Shown here piece after piece: positions 1-9,784 of a stretch of 63,114 bases of DNA (within the stretch, counting starts at the first letter, position 1; the number at the start of each line of letters is the position of its first letter). A program made the translations under genes and the position numbers. Under the pieces are notes generated by a model that was given only the letters and a program-made list of their open reading frames with translations, had not been told where the DNA came from and searched no databases. The stretch lies in contig CANPVV010000005.1 of NCBI GenBank assembly GCA_947581835.1, positions 1 to 63,114 on the forward strand, read 5' to 3'. This DNA comes from an uncultured Bacilli bacterium. Its GTDB lineage: Bacteria > Bacillota_I > Bacilli_A > RF39 > UBA660.

Positions 1-62
1 TAATTCCTCCAAATTCCATGAGTTTTTTAAACAAAAAAGCTTTTAATTCTCGTTTTTCGACA
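1..62 (-). mobile_element. Possible end of an IS-like element truncating the adjacent permease gene
   Basis: Minus strand reads TGTCGAAAAACGAG...GGAGGAATTA off the window edge (TG terminus, then an RBS). It abuts the start of the permease-like sequence. Confidence 0.3.
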
Positions 63-63
63 T

Positions 64-252
64 GTGTCTTTGGTCGGAGTTATCATGGGTGAATTTTTAA
101 TTAGTACAAAAGGAATTGGTTACTTAATTATTTATGGTACTCAAGTATTTAATCTAAATATCGTAATGAGTGGAATTGTTATATTAATAATAATTTCATT
201 TATTCTCTATAAATTAGTTATCTTTATTGAAAAGAAATTACTAAATAATTAA
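64..252 (+). pseudogene. C-terminal fragment of a NitT/TauT-type ABC transporter permease
   Basis: SLVGVIMGEFL...GIGYLI motif typical of the permease C-terminus. In-frame TAA at 28-30 means the N-terminal part is missing. Confidence 0.75.
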
Positions 253-278
253 CCACGTCTAAAAAAGGCGTGGTTTTA
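251..278. terminator. Intrinsic terminator hairpin between convergent genes
   Basis: AACCACGTCT-AAAAA-AGGCGTGGTT stem followed by a T-run. Confidence 0.75.
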
Positions 279-282
279 TTAT

Positions 283-459
283 TTAATTCTTATTATCTAA
301 ATTATTATACTCTTCATCTGTTACAGGTTCTAACCATTTATTTAAAGTTTCTTCTCCTGGTATTTCTACCGCAATATGACTAAACCAAGAGTCAGGTTGT
401 GCTCCATGCCAATGTTTCACATTTGGTTGTATTACAACAATATCTCCAGGAGATAATTT
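283..459 (-). pseudogene. Orphan second copy of the cupin gene 3' end
   Basis: 300-459 aligns ungapped to 818-977 with 11 mismatches. Encodes KLSPGDIVVIQPNVKHWHG...EEYNNLDNKN* with no start. Confidence 0.9.
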
Positions 460-478
460 TATAGATCGTCAATAAATA

Positions 479-786
479 TTATTCTAATGATTCAATACTT
501 TTTTCAATTAATATTTCATCAAAATAATCTTTACCAAATTTTGGACCATGTTTAATAATTCTGTAGCAGTTATTCGAATTTTTCGAATAACTGAATTTTC
601 ATTTAATTCATTACTGGAAAATACTTCTTTTAAATGATAATTAATTGTATTCACTTTAACATTAAATAATTCTGCCATTGTTTTTTGAGTTAACCAAAAG
701 TCTTCACTATCATATAAAACTTCTATCGTTTTATTAGTGTTTTCACTTTGATATAAAACTAAATCTTTAAGTGTATTCAGTTTCAT
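479..786 (-). pseudogene. RhuM-family (virulence RhuM-like) gene remnant
   Basis: N-terminus WLTQKTMAELF...INYHLKEVF...ELNENSVIRKIRITA. A second frame carries GPKFGKDYFDEIL. Far shorter than intact RhuM proteins. Confidence 0.75.
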
Positions 787-815
787 TATAAGAGCCCCCT
801 TTCTTGCCTTTAAAT

Positions 816-1265
816 TTAATTATTATACTCTTCATCTGTTACAGGTTCTAACCACTCGTTTGAAGTTTCCTCACCTGGTATTTCTACAGCAATATGACTA
901 AACCAAGAATCAGGTTGAGCTCCATGCCAATGTTTAACATTTGGTTGTATTACGACAATATCTCCAGGAGATAATTTCTGTACTTCTTTTCCTTCTTCTT
1001 GATAATAACCATATCCAGCAATACATATTAAAACTTGTCCTCCGCCTGTTTTAGACTTATGAATATGCCAATTATTTCGACAACCTGGTTCAAAAGTTAC
1101 ATTTGCAAAACTAATTCCATTTTCCGTTTTTGCTAATAGTTTCAAATAACTATTACCTGTAAAATACTCTGCATATGCATCATTTGGTTGTCCTAATCCA
1201 AATACATTTAATTTATCAAATTCTTCCTTATTCATGTTTTTCTTCACTCCCATATACTTCCTCAA
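816..1265 (-). CDS. Cupin domain protein (likely start at 1235, MNKEEF)
   Basis: NVTFEPGCRNNWHIH and KHWHGA cupin metal motifs. Confidence 0.9.
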   Translation of the reverse strand: MRKYMGVKKNMNKEEFDKLNVFGLGQPNDAYAEYFTGNSYLKLLAKTENGISFANVTFEPGCRNNWHIHKSKTGGGQVLICIAGYGYYQEEGKEVQKLSPGDIVVIQPNVKHWHGAQPDSWFSHIAVEIPGEETSNEWLEPVTDEEYNN

Positions 1266-1560
1266 TTAAAGGAAATGTACTCCAAGCTTTAGGCCATCCA
1301 GCATAAAATGCCAATTGAGTTACTACCTCAACAACTTCCTCTTTTGTAAGGCCATGTTCTTTTCCAATTGCTAAATGGGCTTTTAATTGAGGATACAACC
1401 CTTGTGCAAATAAGGCTGATATTGTTATCAAACTCCTATCTCTAGGAGACAATTTATCTTCTCGACTCCATACCTCCCCAAATAATATATCATCATTTAA
1501 TTCAGCAAATTTAGGTGCAATCTTACCTAATTGATCTCTACCTGCTGTTTGTTTTTTCAT
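1228..1560 (-). CDS. Carboxymuconolactone decarboxylase family protein
   Basis: LFGEVWSR...LSPRDRSLITI...LAFYAGWPKAW. Confidence 0.9.
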   Translation of the reverse strand: MKKQTAGRDQLGKIAPKFAELNDDILFGEVWSREDKLSPRDRSLITISALFAQGLYPQLKAHLAIGKEHGLTKEEVVEVVTQLAFYAGWPKAWSTFPLIEEVYGSEEKHE

Positions 1561-1867
1561 TATTCATCACCATCCAAACTTTTAAATTTTTCTACTTTCA
1601 TGCTTAAATGATATTTATTTCTTAAATCTGCTATTTGCCTCATCATTTCTGATTTATGATGAATATCTAGTGCCTCTTCATTTTTCCATCTATCAATAAG
1701 CAAAACTGTTTCACTATCATCTAAAGGTAAAAAGTATTCGTATTTTAAATTACCAACTTCTGCTCTTACTCTATCTACAATTCCACTTGAAATCATTTCC
1801 TGAGCAAATTTTTTAGCATCACCATTTTCGCCTTTATATTATAATAAATATTAATCGTTATACTCAT
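1560..1867 (-). pseudogene. Antibiotic biosynthesis monooxygenase (ABM) family gene, frameshifted
   Basis: ATG at 1867 with RBS. A 5-bp tandem duplication (ttata, 1834-1843) separates MSITINIYY from KGENGDAKKFAQEMISSG...GNLKYEYF...ALDIHH. Confidence 0.8.
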
Positions 1868-1875
1868 ACCTTCAC

Positions 1876-2346
1876 CTATATATCTAACCAATCTTTTATA
1901 TCATTATCTGATACATTACTTGCAAATCTTCTAGCACTCACAAAACTAAGATTACTATAAGTATTTTTTAGAGTATTAAAACTGTTTATTACACTTGATC
2001 CACCAGATGTTGCAAATACATATATTTTTTTATTTTCCAAATTATTTTCTTCAATAAATGTATTAATAATAGTTGGTGCTAAATCCCACCATACTGGAAA
2101 TCCAATTAAAACAGTATCATAATCATTTAAATTAGAAACCTTACTTCTAACCACTGGTCTTGATGATGGATTATTCATTTCAATTGATGACCTACTATTT
2201 GCATTATTCCAATCTAAATCTTCACTTGTATATTTATTTACAGGTTCAATTTGAAACAAATCACCACCTATATACTCAGCAATTTTACTTGCTACTCCTC
2301 TTGTTACTCCACTAGCTGAAAAATAACTAACTAAAATTTTACTCAT
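1876..2346 (-). CDS. Flavodoxin
   Basis: YFSASGVT FMN-binding loop, GFPVWW, FATSGGS. Confidence 0.92.
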   Translation of the reverse strand: MSKILVSYFSASGVTRGVASKIAEYIGGDLFQIEPVNKYTSEDLDWNNANSRSSIEMNNPSSRPVVRSKVSNLNDYDTVLIGFPVWWDLAPTIINTFIEENNLENKKIYVFATSGGSSVINSFNTLKNTYSNLSFVSARRFASNVSDNDIKDWLDI

Positions 2347-2379
2347 AAAATCATTCCTTCCTTTTCTATTAAAATTTTT

Positions 2380-3462
2380 TTAGTACCAATCATGTTTTTC
2401 ATTTCTATCCAAAGCATTTATTTCTTTCATTTCATCTTCAGTTAATTCAAAACCATAAATGTCAGTATTTTCTTTTATATGTTCCGGATTAGAAGAGCCT
2501 GGTATAACCACAACCCCTTTTTGCAAATTCCAACGCAAGATAACTTGAGCTGCTGATACATTATGATTATTTGCTATCTTAACTATTGTTTCATTATTCA
2601 ATAATTCACTAGTATGACCTCTTCCTCCAAACGGATACCAACCCTGTACTACAATCCCTAAATTTTGGATATATGGAATAACGTCATTTTCTTGATAATA
2701 TGGGTGTATTTCATTTTGTACAAGAGCCGGCATAATATTTATTTGAGGTAAAAACTCTTCTAATTCCTTAACATACCAATTAGATAAACCTAAAGAACGA
2801 ATTTTTCCACTTTCTACATATTTTTCCATTTCTTTATAAGCACTAATATCATTTTCCCCTGGGTGGTGTAAGAGCATCATATCAATATAATCTATATCTA
2901 ATTTTTTAAGAGCAAGTTCTATTGCTTCTTTTGGTCTATCAAATTGACTAGGATAAATTTTTGTAATAACAAATATTTCATTTCTTGGTATTCCTGAATC
3001 TCTAATAGCTTTTCCTATTTCTTCTTCATTTCCATACATATAAGCTGTATCAATAAGTCTTACACCTGAATCTAAAGCACTCGATACAGCCTTATAACAA
3101 GTATCACCTGTTAAACTATAAGTCCCAATTCCATTTAAAGGCATTTTATACCCACTATTTAAAGTAACCTGTTTAGAATCTATATCAAAATCTATTCCTT
3201 GATAACTATTATCTATATTACTACTTTCCTTATTCATATTCTTACTTTCCTTTACACTATCAAAAACTTTAATTCCTAATATTTTTATAATAACTCCCGT
3301 ATCATAACCACTTTTTGAACTAGTATTTATTTTATGAACATTACTTATCTGATATGTTAATGCTCGATATTCTACTGTACCCCCATCTTTTAAATGAAAA
3401 GGAATAGGTACCAATAAAATTAAAAACAATACTATTAAAATAATTATTAATTTCTTTTTCAT
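2380..3462 (-). CDS. Aldo/keto reductase with N-terminal membrane anchor and extra domain
   Basis: LIDTAYMYGNE, LLHHP, GLSNW, QVILRW, VVIPGS. About 95-aa N-terminal extension starting with a hydrophobic segment. Confidence 0.88.
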   Translation of the reverse strand: MKKKLIIILIVLFLILLVPIPFHLKDGGTVEYRALTYQISNVHKINTSSKSGYDTGVIIKILGIKVFDSVKESKNMNKESSNIDNSYQGIDFDIDSKQVTLNSGYKMPLNGIGTYSLTGDTCYKAVSSALDSGVRLIDTAYMYGNEEEIGKAIRDSGIPRNEIFVITKIYPSQFDRPKEAIELALKKLDIDYIDMMLLHHPGENDISAYKEMEKYVESGKIRSLGLSNWYVKELEEFLPQINIMPALVQNEIHPYYQENDVIPYIQNLGIVVQGWYPFGGRGHTSELLNNETIVKIANNHNVSAAQVILRWNLQKGVVVIPGSSNPEHIKENTDIYGFELTEDEMKEINALDRNEKHDWY

Positions 3463-3472
3463 TTTATCATTC

Positions 3473-4132
3473 CTAATAATCTAAACTATTAACCCAAGCT
3501 TTTACTTCAGCCTCACTTATAGACAATCTTTTCCCATCTTGGAAATTAACATTTTTATAATGACTTTTAAAATAACTTACACTTGCAGATATTCCCGAAC
3601 TTCCTGACGTACAAAATGGAATAACTGTTTTCCCATCTAAATTATGACTATCTAAAAATGTCAAAATAATTCTTGGCGCATCTCCCCACCAAATTGGATA
3701 ACCTAAAAATATAACTTCATAATTATCAGTATTAATATTATTTTTTATTTCTGGTCTAGCACTAGCATCATTTTGTTCTTTTGTACTTCTACTATTACTA
3801 TTATTATAGTTTAAATCCTCTGAGGTATATTCATCTTTTGGTACAATTTCAATTAAATCTCCACCTACCCAATCTTTAATATACCCCGCAACTTTTTTAG
3901 TATTTCCTGTTGCCGAGAAATAAATAATAGCAACTTTTTTATCACTAGTCGTCTCATTATCATTATCATTTGTATTTTCTTCTTGTGTTTCATTACTATT
4001 TTGATTTTCATTTGTATTTGAATTATTATTATTGGATTCAAGTTTATTATTAGAACTTATAACCCAAAAACCAATTCCAGCTCCTACAATTACTACTATT
4101 GCAACAACTAAAACTATTATTTTTTTATTCAT
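3473..4132 (-). CDS. Membrane-anchored flavodoxin
   Basis: N-terminal TM, Asn/Glu-rich linker, YFSATGNT, GYPIWW, FCTSGSS. Confidence 0.88.
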   Translation of the reverse strand: MNKKIIVLVVAIVVIVGAGIGFWVISSNNKLESNNNNSNTNENQNSNETQEENTNDNDNETTSDKKVAIIYFSATGNTKKVAGYIKDWVGGDLIEIVPKDEYTSEDLNYNNSNSRSTKEQNDASARPEIKNNINTDNYEVIFLGYPIWWGDAPRIILTFLDSHNLDGKTVIPFCTSGSSGISASVSYFKSHYKNVNFQDGKRLSISEAEVKAWVNSLDY

Positions 4133-4222
4133 ATATTTTTTCCTTCTCTCTTTAAAACTACCTATTACCTCTCAATTATCTATAATCTTTTATATCCAAA
4201 CTTGCCAAAAATAAGACTATTT

Positions 4223-4840
4223 TCATTTCACACCTCCTAATATTTTTTCTAATCCCATTTTTATCATTTCTTTATCGCTATAAAACTTATATTTAAAATC
4301 TGCTTTATTTATCGCTTCTTTCATTTTATCAGTTATAGAGGTATAAGGATAAATTCCCACCAAAAAAGGTAATATAGTAAATGTAATTTCTTCTGCTTCC
4401 GCTTTTTTAATATTAAAAAATTTACATAAACATTGTTCTAATAAAGAAACAGTTTCTTTAAATACTAACTTAAAATGAGTAATGCTTTCAACTCTACTAT
4501 TTTCTTCCATCTGAAACATATTAATCGAAATAAGTTTAAGTAAAATTTTTCTTTTTATAAGAGAATCAGTAATTTTATTTATTAAATCTTCTTTTGCTAG
4601 TTTTTCATTTTGTAAAAGAATATTACCTAAATCTTCATTCCATTTTAAATATTCCCTTTCAAGAAGCGCCAAAAATATTTCTTCTTTTGTCTGAAAATAA
4701 TTATAAATAGAAGTTCTCCCAACACTTATAAGACTTGCAATAAGCTTAATATTTATATCTTTAAAATCAAACCTTTCATACAACTTTTCACAAGCACTTA
4801 CTATTTCTTCTTTTCTCTCATCAACCAGTCGTTTTTCCAT
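4223..4840 (-). CDS. TetR/AcrR family transcriptional regulator
   Basis: N-terminal HTH ...RTSIYNYFQTKEEIFL. Confidence 0.9.
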   Translation of the reverse strand: MEKRLVDERKEEIVSACEKLYERFDFKDINIKLIASLISVGRTSIYNYFQTKEEIFLALLEREYLKWNEDLGNILLQNEKLAKEDLINKITDSLIKRKILLKLISINMFQMEENSRVESITHFKLVFKETVSLLEQCLCKFFNIKKAEAEEITFTILPFLVGIYPYTSITDKMKEAINKADFKYKFYSDKEMIKMGLEKILGGVK

Positions 4841-4857
4841 TTTATTTTCCTTCTAAC

Positions 4858-4904
4858 TGACCCATTGTCAATATAATAATACACTCATAATGACACTCTG
4901 TCAA
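4858..4904 (-). promoter_or_regulatory. sigmaA promoter with two TGAC-N5-GTCA operator palindromes
   Basis: TTGACA (4904-4899)-17 bp-TATTAT (4881-4876). Palindromes at 4858-4870 and 4891-4903. Confidence 0.75.
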
Positions 4905-4961
4905 TATAAAATCAAACAAAAACAACTAAGATAATTTTATATCCTAGTTATTTTCTATACT

Positions 4962-7900
4962 TTACTCCATTTTCTTTTGTTTCACAATTATTTTATCCAA
5001 ACTTGCTAATACTGCAGGTAACAAAATTAATATTAACAAAACTGAACATAACGTTCCCTGTGAAATCGTTATACAAATCTTTGATGCTATCGCTGATGCA
5101 AAATAACCTACAATCAAAGTAACAATTATAAGGATTGATGCTGAAGTAATAATCGTATGAATTGACTCATTATAAGCCTCAATTACTGCATCTTTAACCT
5201 CCATAGTTCTTCTTAATTCTAAATAATAAGAAGTATACAATATCGCATAATCAATTGTAGCCCCCATTAATATACTTTGAACAATAAGGATTGCAATAAA
5301 GTAAACATTATCTCCCATAAGTGAAAGTATACCCATCGTTAAATAAACTGCACATTGAATAACCAAAACTAAAATAACTGGAATAATTAAAGATTTAAAT
5401 GTAAACGCTACAACCACAAATATTACAATCATTGTTATAATAGTTATATAAGTAAGTTCTTGATTAAATGTTTTACTCATATCATAAGCCATTGGTGAAT
5501 CTCCAATAACATAAAATTTATCCATTCCTTCACTTAACTTATCCCGCAAATTTTCTATAAATTTAAAAGTATTTTTTCCTTCTTTTTCATACTTTGTATT
5601 TAAAACTATTCGTGAATAATTCTTACCTCTAATTAAATTTTTTGCATCACTTATTTTAGTTTTTGCCTCTCTTATTTCTTCTCGCATCTCATCATCAATA
5701 AATTCATTAAATCTCTCATCATTAAGTATATCTTTATTTAAATACTGGACAAATTCTTCAATTGTTAAAACATAATTATAATCATACTTATACTGACTTC
5801 CATAATAAATATATAAAATATCTATTGTATTTTTATCAATATCTTCAGTAAGTTTCTCTACTAATTTATAAATTCCCTCATGAGTATATTTAGCTCCATT
5901 ATCTACCCCTTTTATAATCTCTCTTAAAGCCTGCAATTTACTTATTTTATCTTTACTAAACTCTTTACCATATTCTTTATCACTAACTACCTCATTTAAT
6001 AAATAATTAATAAACTCTTTCAAAGAAACTTTATAATTTTTATCTAAATATTTATAATCATACAATCCATACAACAATTTTAAATCATCTTCATTAACAC
6101 TTGATAATGTTGCCAAATCTTTACTACTATATTTAACCTCACCAATAACCCCTTCCATAACCTGTTTAACCAAATCTAAATCACTTAATGTTTCTTCGTC
6201 TAATTTTCCTTCTAAAACTTCATCATCTTTATGCTCTAAAATAAATGTAACAAAATTAATAGGACTTATAACCGTATCTCCTCTATTATCAATATATAAA
6301 GTATAAATATCTTTAACCATTTTTTCATCTATTCCCAAATATCTTCCAAGTTCATCATAACTAAACTTATCATTATCAAGAGTAGAATCCATTATATCTT
6401 TTAAAAATCCTAAATTACTCCATGTTGCTCCATCTATTTTATCTTTAATAAGCGAATTTTCTTTATTAGCAATAATAAGATTAACAAGTTCACTCAAGCT
6501 AGCTGTCCAATTATTTGTATTACCACCATAATAATTAATTAAAGCATACATATTACAAGCATCACTTTTACTAAGTCCTAAAGTTTCTGCCATTTGAGTA
6601 GCACTAAATTTAGGTGGGTTATCCGCTAGCCCAGAATCAATAGCTAATTGTAGTATTTTTAGTTTATTAATTGTTGCCTCATCTAATCCTCCACTTTCGG
6701 CAAAACTTAAAACAGTTTCAATAAAAGTTTTAGGACTAAATTTTACTCCATCTTTACCAGGTAAATCATAAACCATATCAACCAAACCAGGAGCAAGCTT
6801 ATCAAAAACACCTTTCAACTCATCTTTATTCATTTCTTTATTATCAATACCATCTTTATTTTCTACAAAAGGTTTTAACATTTCAAGTAAACTTATATCA
6901 CTTTCTTTAATATATTCATTTTCAACTAATTTTTCACTACCCAAAATAAATTCATCTAAACTAAATGTCGAACCATCATCTATATCTTTATACTTCAAAA
7001 GTAAAAGCTGTTTTATCATATCTTCTGGAACATTCAAATACCTAGAAAGTTCTAATGCTCCCATATCTTTAGTAATTGTTCCTCTATCACTAAAAGTTTT
7101 TAATAACTGAATACTATCCTTCATTTCTCTATCAAACATATCTTCATATTCTTCATTATTCATTACATTTTTTACTACAAAATTAGCAAACTGATTAATT
7201 GACAATTTTAAATCTATATCACTTAAACTAATATAATATTTATACAAATCTTTAACTGCCATCTCATCTATTGCAAATAAGCTAGCCATTTCTTTATAAT
7301 CCAGTTTTTTTATTATATCTTCTTTATTAATAAACTTTTTTAACTTATCTATTCTCTCCCTTTGTTCTTCATCAATTTTTTCGCCATACTTCTTACTAGT
7401 TAAAACATCTTTATCCATAAATTCCACAAAGTCATTTATGCTCAATTTAGCATTTTTATTTATTGCCAAATAATAAATCATTAAATCTTCAACATTACTT
7501 TTATCTATCTCTAAAATACTTGCTAAATCACTTATTGTTCTTTTCTTATTTACATTATTTTTAGTACTAAAATTCTTTAATCTTTCTATATTATTTTTCA
7601 TATCTTTATCAATTTTATCTTTTAAATCTTCATTATTATACGCTTTATCTTCAATAAAATTAATAAACTCACTTAAAGATATTTTAACATTAATATCTTT
7701 ATTATAATAATTATAATATAATATCTGCAATAAATAATCTGCTATATCCATATCCGAACCTAAATCTTTTACTTTATCCATTAATTTATCATAAGTTAAA
7801 TCTTCATCAATTGTATTTCCATAAGCTAGTACTTCATCAACCAATCTATCATCATCAATTTGGTCCAAATATTTTTTTATTATATCTTCATCTTTATTTT

Positions 7901-9047
7901 GATAAATAATTGCCATCTGATTATTTTCTTGAAAAACCTGAGAAATTTTATCTTCTTCCGAATTAGTATAAAAAAATCCTAAATTTCCTTTTAAAACATA
8001 ACTTCCCACACAAGCTACCAAAAATAATGGTAATGCTATATAACGCATTTTATAACTTGCTTTACCTATTTTATCCATCTTAAATACTGGTGTTTTCTTC
8101 TTAGTCTTAACAATTAATTTATCACACATTAAAATTAAAGTCGGTAAAACTAAAAATATACAAACTAAACTAAATAATACCCCTTTAGCTAAAACTAACC
8201 CTAAGTCTTTTCCAATTGTAAAACTCATAAATACTAAAGCTAAAAGTCCCGCGATTGTTGTAACTGAACTACTAGATATTGCCTGAAAAGCATGATGCAA
8301 AGCCTCTTTCATTGCCTCTACTTTATCCTTATATTTCTCTTTTTCTTGCTCATATCTGGAAATAAGCATAATTGAATAATCCATTGATAAAGCAAGTTGT
8401 AATATTGCACTTATTGATTTAGTTATATTTGAAACATTAGAAAATATAATATTTGTTCCATTATTAAGTAAAACAGCCATCAATATTGCCGTCAAAAACA
8501 AAAAAGGTTCCACATAAGATTCACACATTATAATCAAAATAATTAAAGCACAAAATATTGCCAATAAAACTATCCATATAGGTAGTACTTCTCCATTTGT
8601 CTGAGCAATATCGCCACTTGTATAATAAGTATAATCTTTAAAATGATCTTCAATCTCTGAAAAAACTTCACTAGCCTTCAAAGAATCTTTTTTATCATCA
8701 ACTGTTAAAGTAAACAAAGTATAATTATCTTTATTATAATCTTCACTCTCATCATAAAGTACTTCACTTACCCCATCAATATTTTCTAAATAAAGAATAA
8801 TCTCATCTATTTCCTCTTTTTTTAAATCTTGAAACATTAAATTTAAAGAACTAGTTTGATAATCACTAAACTCTTCGTTCATGATATCCATACCTTGTCT
8901 CGTTAAAGAGGTATCAGGTAAATATTGAGCCATATCATAATTAATTTTAACTTTATTCGCTAAAAAAACCGAAAATATTGTTAAAACTATCATTATAAAT
9001 AATATATAATATCGCTTATCAATAATAAAATCTGTTATTTTTCGCAA
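4962..9047 (-). CDS. MMPL/RND family transporter with large repetitive extracytoplasmic insert
   Basis: TTG start. Two TM bundles with LALSMDYSIML and GATIDYAILY motifs, plus a long central helical-repeat region. Confidence 0.9.
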   Translation of the reverse strand: MRKITDFIIDKRYYILFIMIVLTIFSVFLANKVKINYDMAQYLPDTSLTRQGMDIMNEEFSDYQTSSLNLMFQDLKKEEIDEIILYLENIDGVSEVLYDESEDYNKDNYTLFTLTVDDKKDSLKASEVFSEIEDHFKDYTYYTSGDIAQTNGEVLPIWIVLLAIFCALIILIIMCESYVEPFLFLTAILMAVLLNNGTNIIFSNVSNITKSISAILQLALSMDYSIMLISRYEQEKEKYKDKVEAMKEALHHAFQAISSSSVTTIAGLLALVFMSFTIGKDLGLVLAKGVLFSLVCIFLVLPTLILMCDKLIVKTKKKTPVFKMDKIGKASYKMRYIALPLFLVACVGSYVLKGNLGFFYTNSEEDKISQVFQENNQMAIIYQNKDEDIIKKYLDQIDDDRLVDEVLAYGNTIDEDLTYDKLMDKVKDLGSDMDIADYLLQILYYNYYNKDINVKISLSEFINFIEDKAYNNEDLKDKIDKDMKNNIERLKNFSTKNNVNKKRTISDLASILEIDKSNVEDLMIYYLAINKNAKLSINDFVEFMDKDVLTSKKYGEKIDEEQRERIDKLKKFINKEDIIKKLDYKEMASLFAIDEMAVKDLYKYYISLSDIDLKLSINQFANFVVKNVMNNEEYEDMFDREMKDSIQLLKTFSDRGTITKDMGALELSRYLNVPEDMIKQLLLLKYKDIDDGSTFSLDEFILGSEKLVENEYIKESDISLLEMLKPFVENKDGIDNKEMNKDELKGVFDKLAPGLVDMVYDLPGKDGVKFSPKTFIETVLSFAESGGLDEATINKLKILQLAIDSGLADNPPKFSATQMAETLGLSKSDACNMYALINYYGGNTNNWTASLSELVNLIIANKENSLIKDKIDGATWSNLGFLKDIMDSTLDNDKFSYDELGRYLGIDEKMVKDIYTLYIDNRGDTVISPINFVTFILEHKDDEVLEGKLDEETLSDLDLVKQVMEGVIGEVKYSSKDLATLSSVNEDDLKLLYGLYDYKYLDKNYKVSLKEFINYLLNEVVSDKEYGKEFSKDKISKLQALREIIKGVDNGAKYTHEGIYKLVEKLTEDIDKNTIDILYIYYGSQYKYDYNYVLTIEEFVQYLNKDILNDERFNEFIDDEMREEIREAKTKISDAKNLIRGKNYSRIVLNTKYEKEGKNTFKFIENLRDKLSEGMDKFYVIGDSPMAYDMSKTFNQELTYITIITMIVIFVVVAFTFKSLIIPVILVLVIQCAVYLTMGILSLMGDNVYFIAILIVQSILMGATIDYAILYTSYYLELRRTMEVKDAVIEAYNESIHTIITSASILIIVTLIVGYFASAIASKICITISQGTLCSVLLILILLPAVLASLDKIIVKQKKME

Positions 9048-9128
9048 GATAAATATTCCCTCTTTCTAAAAAGCGTAATACATTATATGACTAACAACTA
9101 AAAAAATAAAGTATAATTTTAAACTAAG

Positions 9129-9165
9129 TGTCTAAATTAAGACAAAAACATAAATTTTGTCTTAA
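9129..9165. promoter_or_regulatory. Inverted repeats, probable TetR operator between divergent genes
   Basis: TGTCT-N6-AGACA (9129-9144) and TTAAGACAAAA-N7-TTTTGTCTTAA (9137-9165). Confidence 0.6.
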
Positions 9166-9229
9166 AATCTTCTAAATATCATGCTATAATAATACTATAA
9201 TAATTCCCAAAAAAGAAAGGAAAATAACT

Positions 9230-9781
9230 ATGAAAGTAAAATGTCTAAATTCTTCTTCCCTAAAAACAAGAGATTCAATAAAAAAAGCTTTTGCCCTCCT
9301 AATTAATGAAAAAAAGGACCTAACTAAAATTACTGTTAAAGCTCTTGTAGCAAAAGCTGGTATCACGAGAAGTACCTTTTACACTCACTACACAAGTCTC
9401 GAAGAAGTGGCTAAAGAATATGAAACAGAAGCCATTGATCTTCTTTGTAACGAAAATCTTCTCTTAGAAACCAAAGAAGACATTATAAACTATTTTAATA
9501 ATATTATAAAATGTCTAAAAGAAAATGAATCAACTTATAAACTGCTAATTTCTACTAATGATTCTTTATTTTTCTTAGAAAAACTAAAAAGAATAGCCAG
9601 TGAAAAAATATACAATGCTTTAAAAAATTTCAACTCTAACCCCTACTTAGAATTAGACGTTTCTTTCTTCATGTCAGGAATTTGCACTGAAATAATAAAA
9701 TACTTTCGAGAATATAATCACTACACCCTAGATGAACTTCTTTTAAATATTCAAAAATGGTTTAAAGAAATCTTTCCTTAA
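9230..9781 (+). CDS. TetR/AcrR family regulator divergent from the MMPL gene
   Basis: KITVKALVAKAGITRSTFYTHY HTH. Confidence 0.9.
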   Translation: MKVKCLNSSSLKTRDSIKKAFALLINEKKDLTKITVKALVAKAGITRSTFYTHYTSLEEVAKEYETEAIDLLCNENLLLETKEDIINYFNNIIKCLKENESTYKLLISTNDSLFFLEKLKRIASEKIYNALKNFNSNPYLELDVSFFMSGICTEIIKYFREYNHYTLDELLLNIQKWFKEIFP

Positions 9782-9784
9782 AAT

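Noticed and set aside
300-977. Cupin duplication as a DGR template/variable repeat pair
   Set aside because: Mismatches are mostly synonymous and not restricted to adenines of one copy, and no RT is nearby.
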